This document shows positions 40,994 to 54,719 of a DNA stretch of 64,000 nt, piece after piece. Position numbers and translations under genes: made by a program. The stretch spans positions 62,001-126,000 of the forward strand of contig NIVC01000870.1 in assembly GCA_002269645.1 (NCBI GenBank). Direction: 5' to 3'. Every line of letters begins with the position of its first letter. The first letter of the stretch is position 1. Under the pieces are notes generated by a model. The model made no database searches. It was not told where the DNA came from and saw only the letters and a list, made by a program, of their open reading frames with translations. This DNA comes from Macrostomum lignano (taxonomy: Eukaryota).

Positions 40994-42520
40994 TTGTTGC
41001 TCGTCACGGATGTTCGACTGCCGACCGAAGTGAAGCCTCTGCACTACAATGTCACCCTGGCGCCCTACATCTACGGTAGCAACGCACCAGAGTTCCATTT
41101 CACCGGCTCCATGAAGGTGAGGCTCAGCATCAAAAACTCAACCAGCAGCATCGACCTGGACGAGCCGCTCCCAGCGAACAGCACCGACATCGTCATCGAT
41201 CCGGTCTGCGAAGCTTGTACCTAAGCTTGTACACCAAGAATGGAACCACAAAGTACCTGGCCACCTCTCACAGCTGCAACCGACTGACGCAAGAAAGCCG
41301 TTTCCGTGTTTCGACGAGCCGGAATTCAAGACCAGGTTCGACCGGAGCCTGGGGAACCAATGGGCAGGCGCGTCTCCGTCGTGAGATCTGCTCCCCTCCC
41401 CAAACGGACCGTTCAGGCTCGCTCCCCAGCAAGAACAGTGCCCAGCCCAACCATTACCGGCCGCCCTGGTCCTCCTTCTCTGCTTGGAGCCGGCATTGAA
41501 CCCAACCCAGGGCCCTGGCTCTGCGGAACTTGTAAGAAAGACTTCGGCAAATACAGTGGCTCCGTGCTGTGCAAGCAGTGGCACCACCTAAAATGCACCA
41601 ACTCTGACCAGGCTCACCGAATGGACTAACAGTTTTCGGTGCAGCAGCTGCAAACCTGCCATGCGTCCAACGGCCAGTGTCCACCTCATCAGTAACTCCC
41701 GCTCACCAGCGTTTCCTCTACGCCAGCACTGGGAGATGGATGCCCAGTTCGTGGCATCGGATCAGGGCCATGCGTTTCATCTGGATTCAGTCGGAACGCG
41801 TCGTCCTGTTTATTATCAAGTTTACACTCCCTAGCAGATAGATCAGTTCCATCGGTAAGGACGTTACATGTACCCACATGTATTACAAAGCAGCATTCTT
41901 AACATGCTTCACGGGTTCGTTGGTGACGAGGTCTTTCGCAAAGGTGTCGGAAACTACCTGCGTCAGAACAGCTACGGAAACACATTCCACACCGCTCTCT
42001 ATGACAGTCTGACCCGGCAGTACTCCGAGTCCACAAACAAGTCTCTCGACGTCAGCTCAGTGATGGATCGCTGGATCAAGCAGATGGGCTACCCCGTGCT
42101 CAACTGTTTCGTCACTGCGACTGGACGTCTCACACTGACGCAGAACCACTTTCTCTGGAATGCCAGTCAAGTTCCGAGCTACCTGAGCGACTACAACTAC
42201 ACGTGGATCATCCCTGTCACCATGGGAACCAAGCATAACCTCACCTCGGGAACTCCTGAGGACGTGTCGGGCTTTGTGAACTGGATGACCGAGGAGCAGT
42301 CCTTCGAACTCGACAGCTCGGCCGACTGGTATCTGCTCAACCTTCGCTCGTCCGGCTTCTACAGAGTGAACTACGACTTGGACAACTGGAAGCGGCTCAT
42401 CGATCAGCTGGTCTCGAATCACACGGTGTTCAGTCCGCAAGACAGGGCTCGTCTGCTCGATGACAGCTTCGCTCTGGTCAGTGCTGGCTATCTGGACTAC
42501 AGCATCCCGCTCAACATGTC
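40994..42520 (+). pseudogene. Fragmented M1 aminopeptidase (aminopeptidase N-like) remnant lacking the GAMEN/HEXXH core
   Basis: RLPTEVKPLHYNVTL; LQPTDARKPFPCFDEP in a shifted frame; after an unrelated insert, SILNMLHGFVG...MDRWIKQMGYP...SGFYRVNYD...DRARLLDDSFAL; stops and frameshifts. Confidence 0.8.
41380..41630 (+). mobile_element. Remnant of a non-LTR retrotransposon 5' region (2A-like NPGP + PHD-like finger)
   Basis: GIEPNPGP followed by WLCGTC...SVLC..WHHLKC. Confidence 0.55.
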
Positions 42521-43134
42521 CCTGAATGGAATTTTCAACCATCCATTCGATCTTCAAACGAATGCGATTAGGGGGATGAAGTGATATCGGGCCTGAGGGA
42601 TACTGACCCCTTCAATAGAAAAGCCATGCGAGAACTTCATCTTGTGGGGGCAGTAAAACAGCTCAAAACAGCTGGTTCTCAATAAATGTTGCATGCAGTT
42701 TGGAACTTGTCAATGTTTGCACAAACGTCAATTGAATAATCCGGTCCTGACTATTTGAACTCACAGAGCCTTGTGAAATGCCGCGAAATCCTTGGGTTTG
42801 GCCAGCTGCTCAATCCGACTACTCAGTCGAGTTTCGCCAAGCAGCAGCGATCTTGGCGAGATGGGGAACAACGGCTGCTGGTTGCCCCACTGCACCGCGG
42901 CCGCTCTGGACCTGCAGTGCGCGTTGTCAGACTGGGGACCTTGAGGGACTTGGCTGGGAAGTCACAGATAGGATTTAAATGCCCTGCTAATGCCTGCAGC
43001 CGCATGAGATGAACATTTTGATGTCAAGGGCGACTTAAGAGCAACAGAATGTGGCTGGTATGACTTCTGACTGCTGGGTTGGGATCCACATGAAGCTACT
43101 GGGATGGAATCTGATTGATGGGTGGGATCTGGTT

Positions 43135-43500
43135 AATGGGATGGGATGAGATGGGATGTGATAGGATAAGTTACGGAATGTGATAGTATGTGATGGGATG
43201 GGACGTGATGGGATAAGTTATGGGATTTGATGGAATGGGACGTGATGGGATATGTGATGTGATAGAATAAGTTACGGGACGTGATGGGATAAGTTACGGT
43301 ATGGGATGGGATGTGATGTGATGGGATAAGATACGGGATGTGATGTGATGGGATGTGATGGGATAAGATACGGGATGTGATGTGATGGGATGTTATGTGA
43401 TGGGATGTGATGGGATGGGATGTGATGTGATGGGATGTGATGGTATGGGATGTGATGGGATGGATGTGATGCTATGGGATGAGATAGGGTGAGATGAAAT
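43135..43500. repeat. Degenerate (GGGAT/GTGAT)n repeat
   Basis: Direct inspection. Confidence 0.85.
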
Positions 43501-44084
43501 CTGGCATTTCTGACTTCGCAGACGCATAACTCACAAATTGTCGCACTGCATGTAGGCCCCAGCCGGTAGAGTCCAACAGTTGCTATGGTAACGACTTTTA
43601 GACATTTTTCGGACAACTGCATGAAAAAGAATGCCCAACAGACAGAGACGCTGCAACTCAGTTTATCGCGTATAAATGCAGCAGTCTGTGACTGTGAGTT
43701 TCCATGGAGATCTATCCAGTATTCCTCAACACAGTCTGAATATTTCTACCACTGAGCCTCACACAAATAAAAGCTGATCTGCAATATTAATAAGTCACAG
43801 TGCGACACAAGCAGGGCTGAGTTCATTTATTTATTCATCTAGATTATCCGTGTCTGCTCAACGACAAGAGCAGCTAGTTAAACAATATATTTAAAATTAT
43901 CATAGCAAGCAAAGCAAAACATAATATTAGATAAGTTAATTAAAATAAAATCTGAGGACTGCACTTACCTAGCAATAAATGGTTCTTGTTGTCAAGTACT
44001 TTTGCGTGGAATTTGGCAATTGGCATTGGTCTCTTATGGGAAAGGGGTTGCCTGGACAAGAGATGAACAAAATGATTCTGACGA

Positions 44085-45450
44085 TCTAAGGACACAAATC
44101 TGCCAATCTAAGGACACAAATCTGCCAATCTAAGGACACAAATCTGCCAATCTAAGGACACAAGTCTGCCAATCTAAGGACACAAATCTGCCAATCTAAG
44201 GACACAAGTCTGCCAATCTAAGGACACAAATCTGCCAATCTAAGGACACAAGTCTGCCAATCTAAGGACACAAGTCTGCCAATCTAAGGACACAAGTCTG
44301 CCAATCTAAGGACACAAGTCTGCCAATCTAAGGACACAAATCTGCCAATCTAAGGACACAAGTCTGCCAATCTAAGGACACAAGTCTGCCAATCTAAGGA
44401 CACAAATCTGCCAATCTAAGGACACAAATCTGCCAATCTAAGGACACAAGTCTGCCAATCTAAGGACACAAATCTGCCAATCTAAGGACACAAGTCTGCC
44501 AATCTAAGGACACAAATCTGCCAATCTAAGGACACAAGTCTGCCAATCTAAGGACACAAGTCTGCCAATCTAAGGACACAAGTCTGCCAATCTAAGGACA
44601 CAAATCTGCCAATCTAAGGACACAAGTCTGCCAATCTAAGGACACAAATCTGCCAATCTAAGGACACAAGTCTGCCAATCTAAGGACACAAATCTGCCAA
44701 TCTAAGGACACAAGTCTGCCAATCTAAGGACACAAGTCTGCCAATCTAAGGACACAAGTCTGCCAATCTAAGGACACAAGTCTGCCAATCTAAGGACACA
44801 AATCTGCCAATCTAAGGACACAAGTCTGCCAATCTAAGGACACAAGTCTGCCAATCTAAGGACACAAGTCTGCCAATCTAAGGACACAAATCTGCCAATC
44901 TAAGGACACAAGTCTGCCAATCTAAGGACACAAGTCTGCCAATCTAAGGACACAAATCTGCCAATCTAAGGACACAAGTCTGCCAATCTAAGGACACAAA
45001 TCTGCCAATCTAAGGACACAAATCTGCCAATCTAAGGACACAAATCTGCCAATCTAAGGAGAGAATGATTGCCAATCTAAGGACACAAATCTGCCAATCT
45101 AAGGAGAGAATGATTGCCAATCTAAGGACACAAATCTGCCAATCTAAGGACACAAATCTGCCAATCTAAGGAGAGAATGATTGCCAATCTAAGGACACAA
45201 ATCTGCCAATTAGACACAAATCTGCCAATCTAAGGACACAAATCTGCCAATCTAAGGAGAGAATGATTGCCAATCTAAGGACACAAATCTGCCAATCTAA
45301 GGAGAGAATGATTGCCAATCTAAGGACACAAATCTGCCAATCTAAGGACACAAATCTGACAATCTAAGGAGAGAATGATTGTCAATCTAAGGACACAAAT
45401 CTGCCAATTAGACACAAATCTGCCAATCTAAGGAGAGAATGGTTGCCAAC
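44085..45450. repeat. 22-bp minisatellite
   Basis: Unit tgccaatctaaggacacaa(a/g)tc, ~60 copies. Confidence 0.95.
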
Positions 45451-45519
45451 AAAGCAGCAAAGTAAAAACTTGCTGCAAAAGCAGACACTGCAACAATTTA
45501 CAAAAGGCAGAGGCTGGCA

Positions 45520-47942
45520 TTATTCATCATCAGTCTGCAGGCCATCAAACAGTCTGCCGGCGCAGCCCATCGCAGTGGCCCCGGCGGCGGCAGCGGCGCT
45601 CACCCGGAAGTGTCGGTAGGGATCGAACTGGTCCAGCAGGGCGGAGCAGAGCCAGCAAAAGTAGGCCTTGCAACTGAAGCAGACCATCTTGTTGCAGCCG
45701 GAGATTTTCTGTTAATTGGAAAATTTTTCCGTAGCAATGCTGGGAAATAGTACTAAGATAGTAAGTAATGCAGTGGTTAATACATGCTTTGATGCATAAA
45801 TTATACATTGATAAATACTTGATGTGGAATCAGAAACCTCACCTAGCGATACAACCAAAATCTGGCAGCTGGACTACAAAATCACAAACCTAGATTACAC
45901 TATCTCACACTTAGATTACACAATCTCACACTTAGATTACACAATCTCACACTTAGATTACACAATCTCACACTTAGATTACACAATCTCACACTTAGAT
46001 TACACAATCTCACACTTAGATTACACAATCTCACACTTAGATTACACAATCTCACACTTAGATTACACAATCTCACACTTAGATTACACAATCTCACACT
46101 TAGATTACACAATCTCACACTTAGATTACACAATCTCACACTTAGATTACACAATCTCACACTTAGATTACACAATCTCACACTTAGATTACACAATCTC
46201 ACACTTAGATTACACAATCTCACACTTAGATTACACAATCTCACACTTAGATTACACAATCTCACACTTAGATTACACAATCTCACACTTAGATTACACA
46301 ATCTCACACTTAGATTACACAATCTCACAATTCGATAACAAAATCTCATACTTAGATTACTAAATATTACACAATCGCCCCTAAGGTAATTCACTAACCT
46401 CAACATACGCCTTGCAAGCGGGACATTTCTGCTGCGATTTCATGTAGTCCTGAGTTCGACACTCCTCCTCCAGCGCTCGCAGCCTCTTCAGACCGTACCT
46501 CTGCTCCATCTTGTACCTCTTGTCTCCGTCTGAGTTCATGTAGGTCTCCATCACCTGCTCAAGGCTGGAGCCCCGGATCTGGCAGGGCTCGGTGCCGTGG
46601 TAAGTGGCCCTGCACAGCTGGCAGTAGGCATGGTAGCACGCTTGGCAATGGGCCAGACAGCGGGCCTCTGCTGGGTCCACCAGCACAGTGGCCTGGCAGC
46701 GGGGACAGGTGTCCAGTTTGCCCATGGTGCTCAGAGCCGCGTCGAACAAGCGCTGCTCATATTTGGCGAATTCCTCGGAGAAAGAAGGCGCCTCACTAGG
46801 GATGGGTCTGAGAAGGGTAATTGGGGATGGATGCCTCTGTGATTGGCGTCTGAACTGACAGCCAATCAGATTACAGCAGTGTGAAATATGGCAGCCAATC
46901 AGATTACACGAGTGTGAAATATGGCAACCAATCAGATTACACGAGGGTGAAATATGACAGCCAATCAGATTACAGCAGTGTGAAATATGACAGCCAATCA
47001 GATTTCAGCAGTGTGAAATATGGCAGCCAATCAGATTACACGAGTGTGAAATATGGCAGCCAATCAGATTACACGAGTGTGAAATATGGCAACCAATCAG
47101 ATTACAGCAGTGTGAAATATGGCAGCCAATCAGATTACAGCAGTGTGAACTATGGCAACCAATCAGATTAAAACACACTACCAGAGTGACCATCAGCGCT
47201 CACCAGCAGGCGGCTGCTCCTTCCCGCTGCACTGCAGACAGCCCAATCTGTCCGGTCGGTCTGCTTCTAGAAGAGCCCGAAACGCGGCAGCAACGCAGGA
47301 GTCGCAGAACGCGTGACCGCAGTGGCGGAACATCACGCAGGAGGTGCCGGGCTTCAAGGACACGCACACCGGGCACTCGTGAAAACTCCTCTGAAACTCT
47401 CGGTGCCGCTCGTCAGCATCAACGGCTAGGATTTCCTGCTCAACCTCTTTCGCCGACCTGGCCGTCTGAGTCACCGAGAAGCTGCTGTTGATGTTCAGGA
47501 TGGCGTCTTCCGTGCGCCAGTCCGCACCAAACCTGAGCTCGTCTCCCAGCTGCAGGAAGTCCCACAGCTCCCGTTCGAGAAATTCAAACCAGAACCAGAG
47601 CACCGACTCGGCCGCTCTCTCCGCCGCCAGCTCAACCAACCGGTTGCCAATGGCAACCAACTGCTGGCGACTCAGCCAGCTGCAGCTCAGCCCGAAGCTC
47701 GGCCTGCCATCAGCCTCGGGATAGCCCCATGGCAGCTGGAAATCCAGCACCAGCCGTGGCAGGAACTGCAGCCGGTGCTGCTGGCCGCCGTTCTCGCCAG
47801 CGCACAGCAGGAGGCCCGACTCGGGGATTCGAACCTGGGCCCGGAATGTGCCGCAACGGGAGGGCAGGTCCTTCTGCAGCTGGTCGCTGGAGTAGAAGCT
47901 GCCCAGCATCTCGAACTCCTCGGCGAGGGGGTCTTCGCTCAT
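45520..47942 (-). CDS. RNF14: RNF14/ARA54-like RWD-RING1-IBR-RING2 E3 ligase, copy B; exons 47942-47204, 46807-46399, 45708-45520; apparent 1-nt deletion near 46776
   Basis: RWD (FLPRLVLDFQLPWGYP..GRPSFGLSCSWL), RING1 CPVC...CGHAFC..C, IBR CPRC...C..C...C..C..TYHG..PC, RING2 CPAC..VEKISGCNKMVC..C...FCWLC. Confidence 0.85.
45885..46360. repeat. 21-bp minisatellite in RNF14-B intron 2
   Basis: Unit tagattacacaatctcacact. Confidence 0.95.
46860..47170. repeat. 33-bp minisatellite in RNF14-B intron 1
   Basis: Unit agccaatcagattacagcagtgtgaaatatggc. Confidence 0.9.
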
Positions 47943-47954
47943 GCGGCTGCAGTT

Positions 47955-48610
47955 TTTATGGACTGTTTATGAAAGTCTGTGGTGTTTATGAGAGTCTGTG
48001 GTGCTTAAGGACTGTTTATATAAGAGTCTGTGGTGTTTATGAGAGTCTGTGGTGTTTATGAGAGTCTGTGGTGTTTATGAGAGTCTGTGGTGTTTATGAG
48101 AGTCTGTGGTGTTTATGAGAGTCTGTGGTGCTTAAGAACTGTTTATATAAGAGTCTGTGGTGTTTATGAGAGTCTGTGGTGTTTATGAGAGTCTGTGGTG
48201 TTTATGAGAGTCTGTGGTGTTTATGGACTGTTTATGAGAGTCTGTGGTGTTTAAGGACTGTTTATATAAGAGTCTGTGGTGTTTATGAGAGTTTGTGGTG
48301 TTTAAGGACTGTTTATATAAGAGTCTGTGGTGTTTATGAGAGTCTGTGGTGTTTATGAACTGTTTATGAGAGTCTGTGGTGCTTATGAGAGTCTGTGGTG
48401 TTTATGGACTGTTTATGAGAGTCTGTGGTGTTTATGGACTTTTTATGAGAGTCTGTGGTGTTTATGAGAGTCTGTGGTGTTTATGGACTGTTTATGAGAG
48501 TCTGTGGCGTTTATGGACTGTTTATGAGAGTCCGTGGTGTTTATGGAATGTTTATGAGAGTCTGTAATGTTTATGGGTTGTTTCTGAGAGTCCGTGGTGT
48601 TTACTGGCCT
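47955..48610. repeat. Complex tttatgagagtctgtggtg repeat upstream of RNF14-B
   Basis: Direct inspection. Confidence 0.9.
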
Positions 48611-48864
48611 GTTTATGCGATTCTGAGATGTTTCATAGGATTTTGTGAAATTTATCATTAGATGCAGCTTACGCTTATAAATTCATTATTTTGTATACAG
48701 AGGAATAAAGGCACAAGTGGACACTGCACTTAAGTGCAGCGCAAAACTAAGAAAAAATAAAAAATCGATATTTTTCTATGAAATACTGTAGAGGAAAATA
48801 TTGTGAAAGAACTGAGTACCGATACGTTCATCTAGCAGTTCACTCTGCATAGCCTTCATAACCC

Positions 48865-49010
48865 TAATGTACATCTAGCAATAAATTCTGCCTAAACCAA
48901 ATGTACATCTAGCAATAAATTCTGCCTAACCCCAATGTACATCTAGCAATAAATTCTGCCTAACCCCAATGTACATCTAGCAATAAATTCTGCCTAACCC
49001 CAATGTACAT
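48865..49010. repeat. 34-bp tandem repeat (~4 copies)
   Basis: aatgtacatctagcaataaattctgcctaacccc. Confidence 0.85.
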
Positions 49011-49216
49011 TGAGCATGCCACACTGCACCACCTACTATGCAGAACAATACACATAAGTCAATAAAAGTACAATGAAAACAAATATCACACCACATAGTA
49101 ATTGCAGGATGGAATATGTACAGGCGTATATAATTAATGAACCAATCGTAAGTCAAGGCACAAGTATTGAGTAAAATAAAACTCTATCCATACAAATCAT
49201 TAAACAATCACGCCAG

Positions 49217-52014
49217 TCAATTTCCGCCAGCAGCTTCGTCGCCCTGACCTTCATTGTCACTATCGTCATCAGTAACAGGAATCTGGAACAGCCGGCCGCC
49301 GCAGCCGCCTCCTCTCTGTCTGAAGTGCTTGTAGGGATCAAAGCTGTCCAGGACTGCCAAGCAGAGCCAGCAGAAATGAGTTCTGCACTCCCAGCACTGC
49401 ATATGATTGCAACCCAAGTTTTTCTGAAAAAAATTGCAAACATTTAGCTTATAATAAAGTCTGTGCGCGGCAAAACTCATCTATAGGGTTTGTTGTGCGA
49501 TTCACACCACATGAGGGCCCGCCCCCAAGGCACAGAGAGGCATTTTACAGCTGAGTGAACTAAAGCAATGCAGAGCTAAGTGTCTTGCTCAAGGACACAA
49601 ATTGGTCCGATTGGGATCGGGTATCGAAGCCCCCGACCTTCAAGTCGTGAGTCCAACGCTCCAACCACTAGGCTACAGCACTCCTGCATACACTGTCATA
49701 CAGCATCTGTGTGCTTCTACGCGCGCTTGTTATGTACTCAGGAGTCATTGGAACGGGCAAAGTTGCCGTCGGCACTGGGTTATGTCGACAATGTTGCCGT
49801 CGGCACTGGGTTATGTCGACAATGTTGCCGTCGGCACTGGGTTATGTCGACAATGCTGCCGTCGGCACTGGGTTATGTCGACAATGTTGTCGTCGGCACT
49901 GGGTTATGTCGACAATGTTGCCGTCGGCACTGGGTTATGTCGACAATGTTGCCGTCGGCACTGGGTTGTGTCGACAATGTTGCCGTCAGCAATGGGTTGT
50001 GTCGACAATGTTGCCATCGGCACTGGGTTGTGTCGACAATGTTGTCGTCGGCACTGGGTTGTGTCGACAATGTTGCCATCGGCACTGGGTTATGTCGACA
50101 ATGTTGCTGAAGGCGTTGCGCCAGGGTGCCCCACAGCCCTGTTGCAAATGTTCCCTTTTCCATTGCCCGAATTTGTTGTTGTGTTCAACTATTTCCTGGA
50201 AAACTAAACCGCTTACCTCAATATAGGCGAAACAAGCAGGGCAAGACTTTGCATCGTCCACCTGAAAGTCAAGAACCTCCAGAGATGCATCCTGTATAGC
50301 GTATTCTTGGTTCAAGCCAGCCAGAGCCCTTTGAAGTCCGCCTTCTCGCCGGTCTTGCTGAGCAGCTTCGTTAGCGGCAGCAGCAGCAGCAGCAGCGGCA
50401 GCAGCCGCAGCGCGAACAACTTCAATTGGACCCTTGCAGTTCTCGCCGTGATAAGGCTCCCGGCATTGTATGCAAAATGCATAATAGCAGTGTGCGCATT
50501 GGCCAAGACAGCTGCTGCGCCTGTCCTCTGTGATTACACTGACGGAGCACCTGGGACAGGTCTGCACGTCTGACATGCGCTTGAGTGACAGCTTGAGAAG
50601 GCTCTGCTCGTAGCGACTGAACTCTTCGGTGGAGAGCAGACGGCGCACCAGAGAGGGCTCTGGAAGTTGGGCAATGTCTGTGTCAGATAGTGTAATGTCT
50701 GTGTCTGATAGTGTAATGTCTGTGTCAGATAGTGTAATGTCTGTCAGATAGTGTAATGTCTGTGTCAGATAGTGTAATGTCTGTCAGATAGTGTAATGTC
50801 TGTCAGATAGTCTAATGTCTGTCAGATAGTGTAATGTCTGTGTCAGATAGTGTAATGTCTGTGTCAGATAGTGTAATGTCTGTCAGATAGTGTAATGTTT
50901 GTGTCAGATAATGTAATGTCTCTGTCAGATAGTGCAATGTCTGTGTCAGATAATGTAACGTCTGTGTCAGATAGTGTAATCTCTCTGTCAGATAGTGTGC
51001 AATGTCTGCGTCAGATAGTGTAATGTCTGTGTCAGATAATGTAATGACTCTGTCAGATAATGTAATGACTCTGTCAGATAGTGTAATGTCTGTCAGATAG
51101 TGTAATGTCTGTCAGATAGTGTAATGTCTGTGTCAGATAGTGTAATGTCTGTGTCAGATAGTGTAATGTCTGTCAGATAGTGTAATGTCTGAGTCAGAGA
51201 ATGTTTAATGCCTGTTTCAGGAGATAAATCGTGACTCTGTCAGAAGCACATCACGGAGCTCGCTCACCAGCAGGCGGCTGCTCCTCTCCACTGCACTGCA
51301 GACAGCCCAATCTGTCCGGACGGTCTGCTTCCAGAAGCGCCCGAAACGCGGCAGCAACGCAGGAGTTGCAGAACACGTGACCGCAGTGGCGAAACCTGGT
51401 GCACCGGTGGCCAGGGGTCAAAGTGGCGCACACCGGACAGTCGTGAACGGCCCGCTTGAACTGCATCTCCCTCTCGTAGGCGTCAACAGCAAGGATCTCC
51501 AGCTCAACCTCCCTAGCAGTTCTGCCTGGCAACTCCAATTTGAACCCCAAAGCATCTTCATCATCGGGACTGGTTGAGTCGATTTGACGCCAGTCCGCAC
51601 CAAACCTGAGCTCGTCTCCCAGCTGCAGGAAGTCCCACAGCTCCCGTTCGAGAAATTCGAACCAGAACCAGAGCACCGGCTCGGCCGCTCTCTCCGCCGC
51701 CAGCTCAACCAACCGGTTGCCAATGGCAACCAACTGCTGGCGACTCAGCCAGCTGCAGCTCAGCCCGAAGCTCGGCCTGCCATCAGCCTCGGATAGCCCG
51801 ATGGCAGCTGGAAATCCAGCACCAGCCGTGGCAGGAACTGCAGCCGGTGCTGCTGGCCGCCGTTCTCGCCAGCGCACAGCAGGAGGCCCGACTCGGGGAT
51901 TCGAACCTGGGCCCGGAATGTGCCGCAACGGGAGGGCAGGTCCTTCTGCAGCTGGTCGCTGGAGTAGAAGCTGCCCAGCATCTCGAACTCCTCGGCGAGG
52001 GGGTCTTCGCTCAT
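49217..52014 (-). CDS. RNF14: RNF14/ARA54-like E3 ligase, copy A; exons 52014-51268, 50659-50217, 49423-49217; apparent 1-nt deletion near 51791
   Basis: Same domain order and intron positions as copy B; KNLGCNHMQCWECRTHFCWLC. Confidence 0.85.
49762..50105. repeat. 31-bp minisatellite in RNF14-A intron 2
   Basis: Unit ttgccgtcggcactgggttatgtcgacaatg. Confidence 0.9.
50675..51200. repeat. 20/22-bp minisatellite in RNF14-A intron 1
   Basis: Unit tgtc(tg)tgtcagatagtgtaa. Confidence 0.9.
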
Positions 52015-52084
52015 GCTTCGACGCTGGCTGCAACATGAGCAGCTTTTGTTTTTTTTTCATCTAGATCATCTAGAGCCTTAGTTC

Positions 52085-54240
52085 TCACACCATAGAACCC
52101 TGGATCTCAACTCCAGAACACTGGATCTTAACACCTACAACCTGAATCTCAGCCCTAGGACCCTAAATCTCACACCCTAGAACCCTGGATCTCAACTCCA
52201 GAACCCTGGATCTTAACACCAACAACCCTGAATCTCACACCCTAGAACTCTGGATCTCAATGCTAGAACACTGAATCTCAGCCTAGAACCCTGGATCTCA
52301 ATGCTAGAACACTGAATCTCAGCCTAGAACCCTGGATCTCTATGCTAGAACACTGAATCTCAGCCTAGAACCCTGGATCTCAATGCTAGAACACTGAATC
52401 TCACAGCCTAGATCCCTGGATCTCAATGCTAGAACACTGGATCTTAATGCTACAACACTGATTCTCACAGCCTAGATCATTGGATGTCAATGGTAGAACA
52501 CTGGATCTCAATGCTAGAACACTGAATCTCACAGCCTAGATCCCTGGATCTCAATGCTAGAACACTGAATCTCAATGCTAGAACACTGAATCTCAATACT
52601 AGAACCCTGGATCTCAATGCTAGAACACTGAATCTCAGCCTAGATCCCTGGATCTCAATGCTAGAACACTGAAAGCCTAGATCCCTGGATCTCAATGCTA
52701 GAACACTGAATCTCACAGCCTAGACTAGATCCCTAAATCACACCCTAGAACCCTGAATCTCAACCCTAGAACCCTGGATCTCAATGCTAGAACACTGAAT
52801 CTCACAGCCTAGATCTCTGGATCTCAATGCTAGAACACTGAATCTCACAGCCTAGATCCCTTGATCGCAATGCTAGAACACTGAATCTCACAGCCTAGAT
52901 CCCTGGATTTCAATACTAGAACACTGAATCTCACAGCCTAGATACCTGGATTTCAATACTAGAACACTGAATCTCACAGCCTAGATCCCTGGATCTCAAT
53001 GCTAGAACACTGGATCTCAATGCTAGAACACTGGATCTCAATGCTAGAACACTGGATCTCAATGCTACGAGGGGTGTCCCAAAAGTTCCCGGAATGTCTA
53101 ACGTAACTCTTCAACAGAGCCATGAAATTTCACCCCCATGGTGTCAAATGAAAGGAAATTTTGTCACAAAGAATACAAAGTTAAAATCATGTTGATATCT
53201 TTTTTTATTCAAGAGCTACAGCAAGAAACTTGCGCAAAGGTCAGGGGTAGTGTTACACAATCTCAACAATCTATGGCAATAATTTTTTCATCTCCATTTT
53301 TGGAGTTTTTCATTTTGAATTCATTCTCAGCAGATTGGCCATCTCTAAAGCGTTTAATCCATCCGTAAATTGCAGCTTTTTTCAGGCTGTTCTCATCGTG
53401 GATGGAGAATAAGTGGTCAGAAATCTTGGCTCCACTCCATCCTGCTGACCAAAGGGCAAAAACTTGACTTCGCTGACTTTCAAGGCTCTGAAGAGAACTC
53501 ATTTTCGCAAAGAAATTTCAAGTTGAAAGCAAGCGCTTGGTACGAATTATCTGCACTCGCGCAAAAGCTCAGATTAGCTTTATGAGCATTTCTGCTTTTT
53601 TCCATAGACACTACCACGTCTTTCTGACACGTCAGTAGCTCGATTTCAAAATGAAAAACTCCAAAAATAGAGATGAAAAAATTATTGCCATAGATTGTTG
53701 AGATTGTGTAACACTACCCCTGACCTTTGCGCACGTTTCTTGCTGTAGCTCTTGAATAAAAAAAGATATCAACATGATTTTAACTTTGTATTCTTTGTGA
53801 CAAAATTTCCTTTCATTTGACACCATGGGGGTGAAATTTCATGGCTCTGTTGAAGAGCTACGTTAGACATTCCGGGAACTTTTGGGACACCCCTCGTAGA
53901 TCCCTGGATCTCAATACTAGAACACTGAATCTCACAGCCTAGATCCCTGAATCTCAATGCTAGAACACTGGATCTCAATGCTAGAACACTGAATCTCACA
54001 GCCTAGATCCCTGAATCTCAATGCTAGAACACTGGATCTCAATGCTAGAACACTGAATCTCACAGCCTAGATCCGTAGATCACACCCTAGAACCATGGAT
54101 CTCACAGCCTAGAACCCTGGATCTCACAGCCTAGAACCCTGGATCTCACAGCCTAGAACCCTGGATCTCACAGCCTAGAACCCTGGATCTCACAGCCTAG
54201 AATCCTGGATCTCAGTCCTAGAACCCTGGACCTCAACCAC
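52085..54240. repeat. Complex minisatellite array interrupted by a mariner derivative
   Basis: ctagaacactgaatctcacagc / ctagatccctggatctcaatg units on both sides of the insert. Confidence 0.9.
53068..53896. mobile_element. Non-autonomous Tc1/mariner element (829 bp, 252-bp TIRs, TA TSD)
   Basis: TA|CGAGGGGTGTCCCAAAAG...CTTTTGGGACACCCCTCG|TA; internal minus-strand remnant of a mariner N-terminal HTH (QRSQVFALWSAGWSGAKI...AAIYGWIKRFRDG). Confidence 0.93.
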
Positions 54241-54719
54241 TTTACATCAAGTATAAAGAAAATGAAAAGTCTCAACTACAAGAGTTTCAATAATAAATGT
54301 CGCAAGAAAAGCAGAAAAGGCCGTTAATAAACAAGAAATTGCTATTGAATTTAATTGTGTGAAAACAGGATTGAAACAGTTACTGAGAGCCAAATGCATC
54401 AATTAGGAGTACCAGCTAAAGTGCCACCGGGTAGAATAGTCAAACAAGTTTTTAAAAATGCACAATGAGTAGCTTTATAAGTTAGGATTGAGCACTTGCA
54501 TAAATATTAGCACCGAAATTTACTGAATCAATTATAATAGCATCGATGTGTGCACCAAATTATGAAAAACATACCTAAAAACAAGACATTAGAAAATAGT
54601 TTTGGACATTATCTAGGAAAATGTGTTGGGTTAGGAAGTACCTGAGGACAGAGTACATCTAAATATGGACAGCAGGCGCCTAAATATTCAAAAAGTACGC
54701 AAGGAAACGGAGGGTAGCT

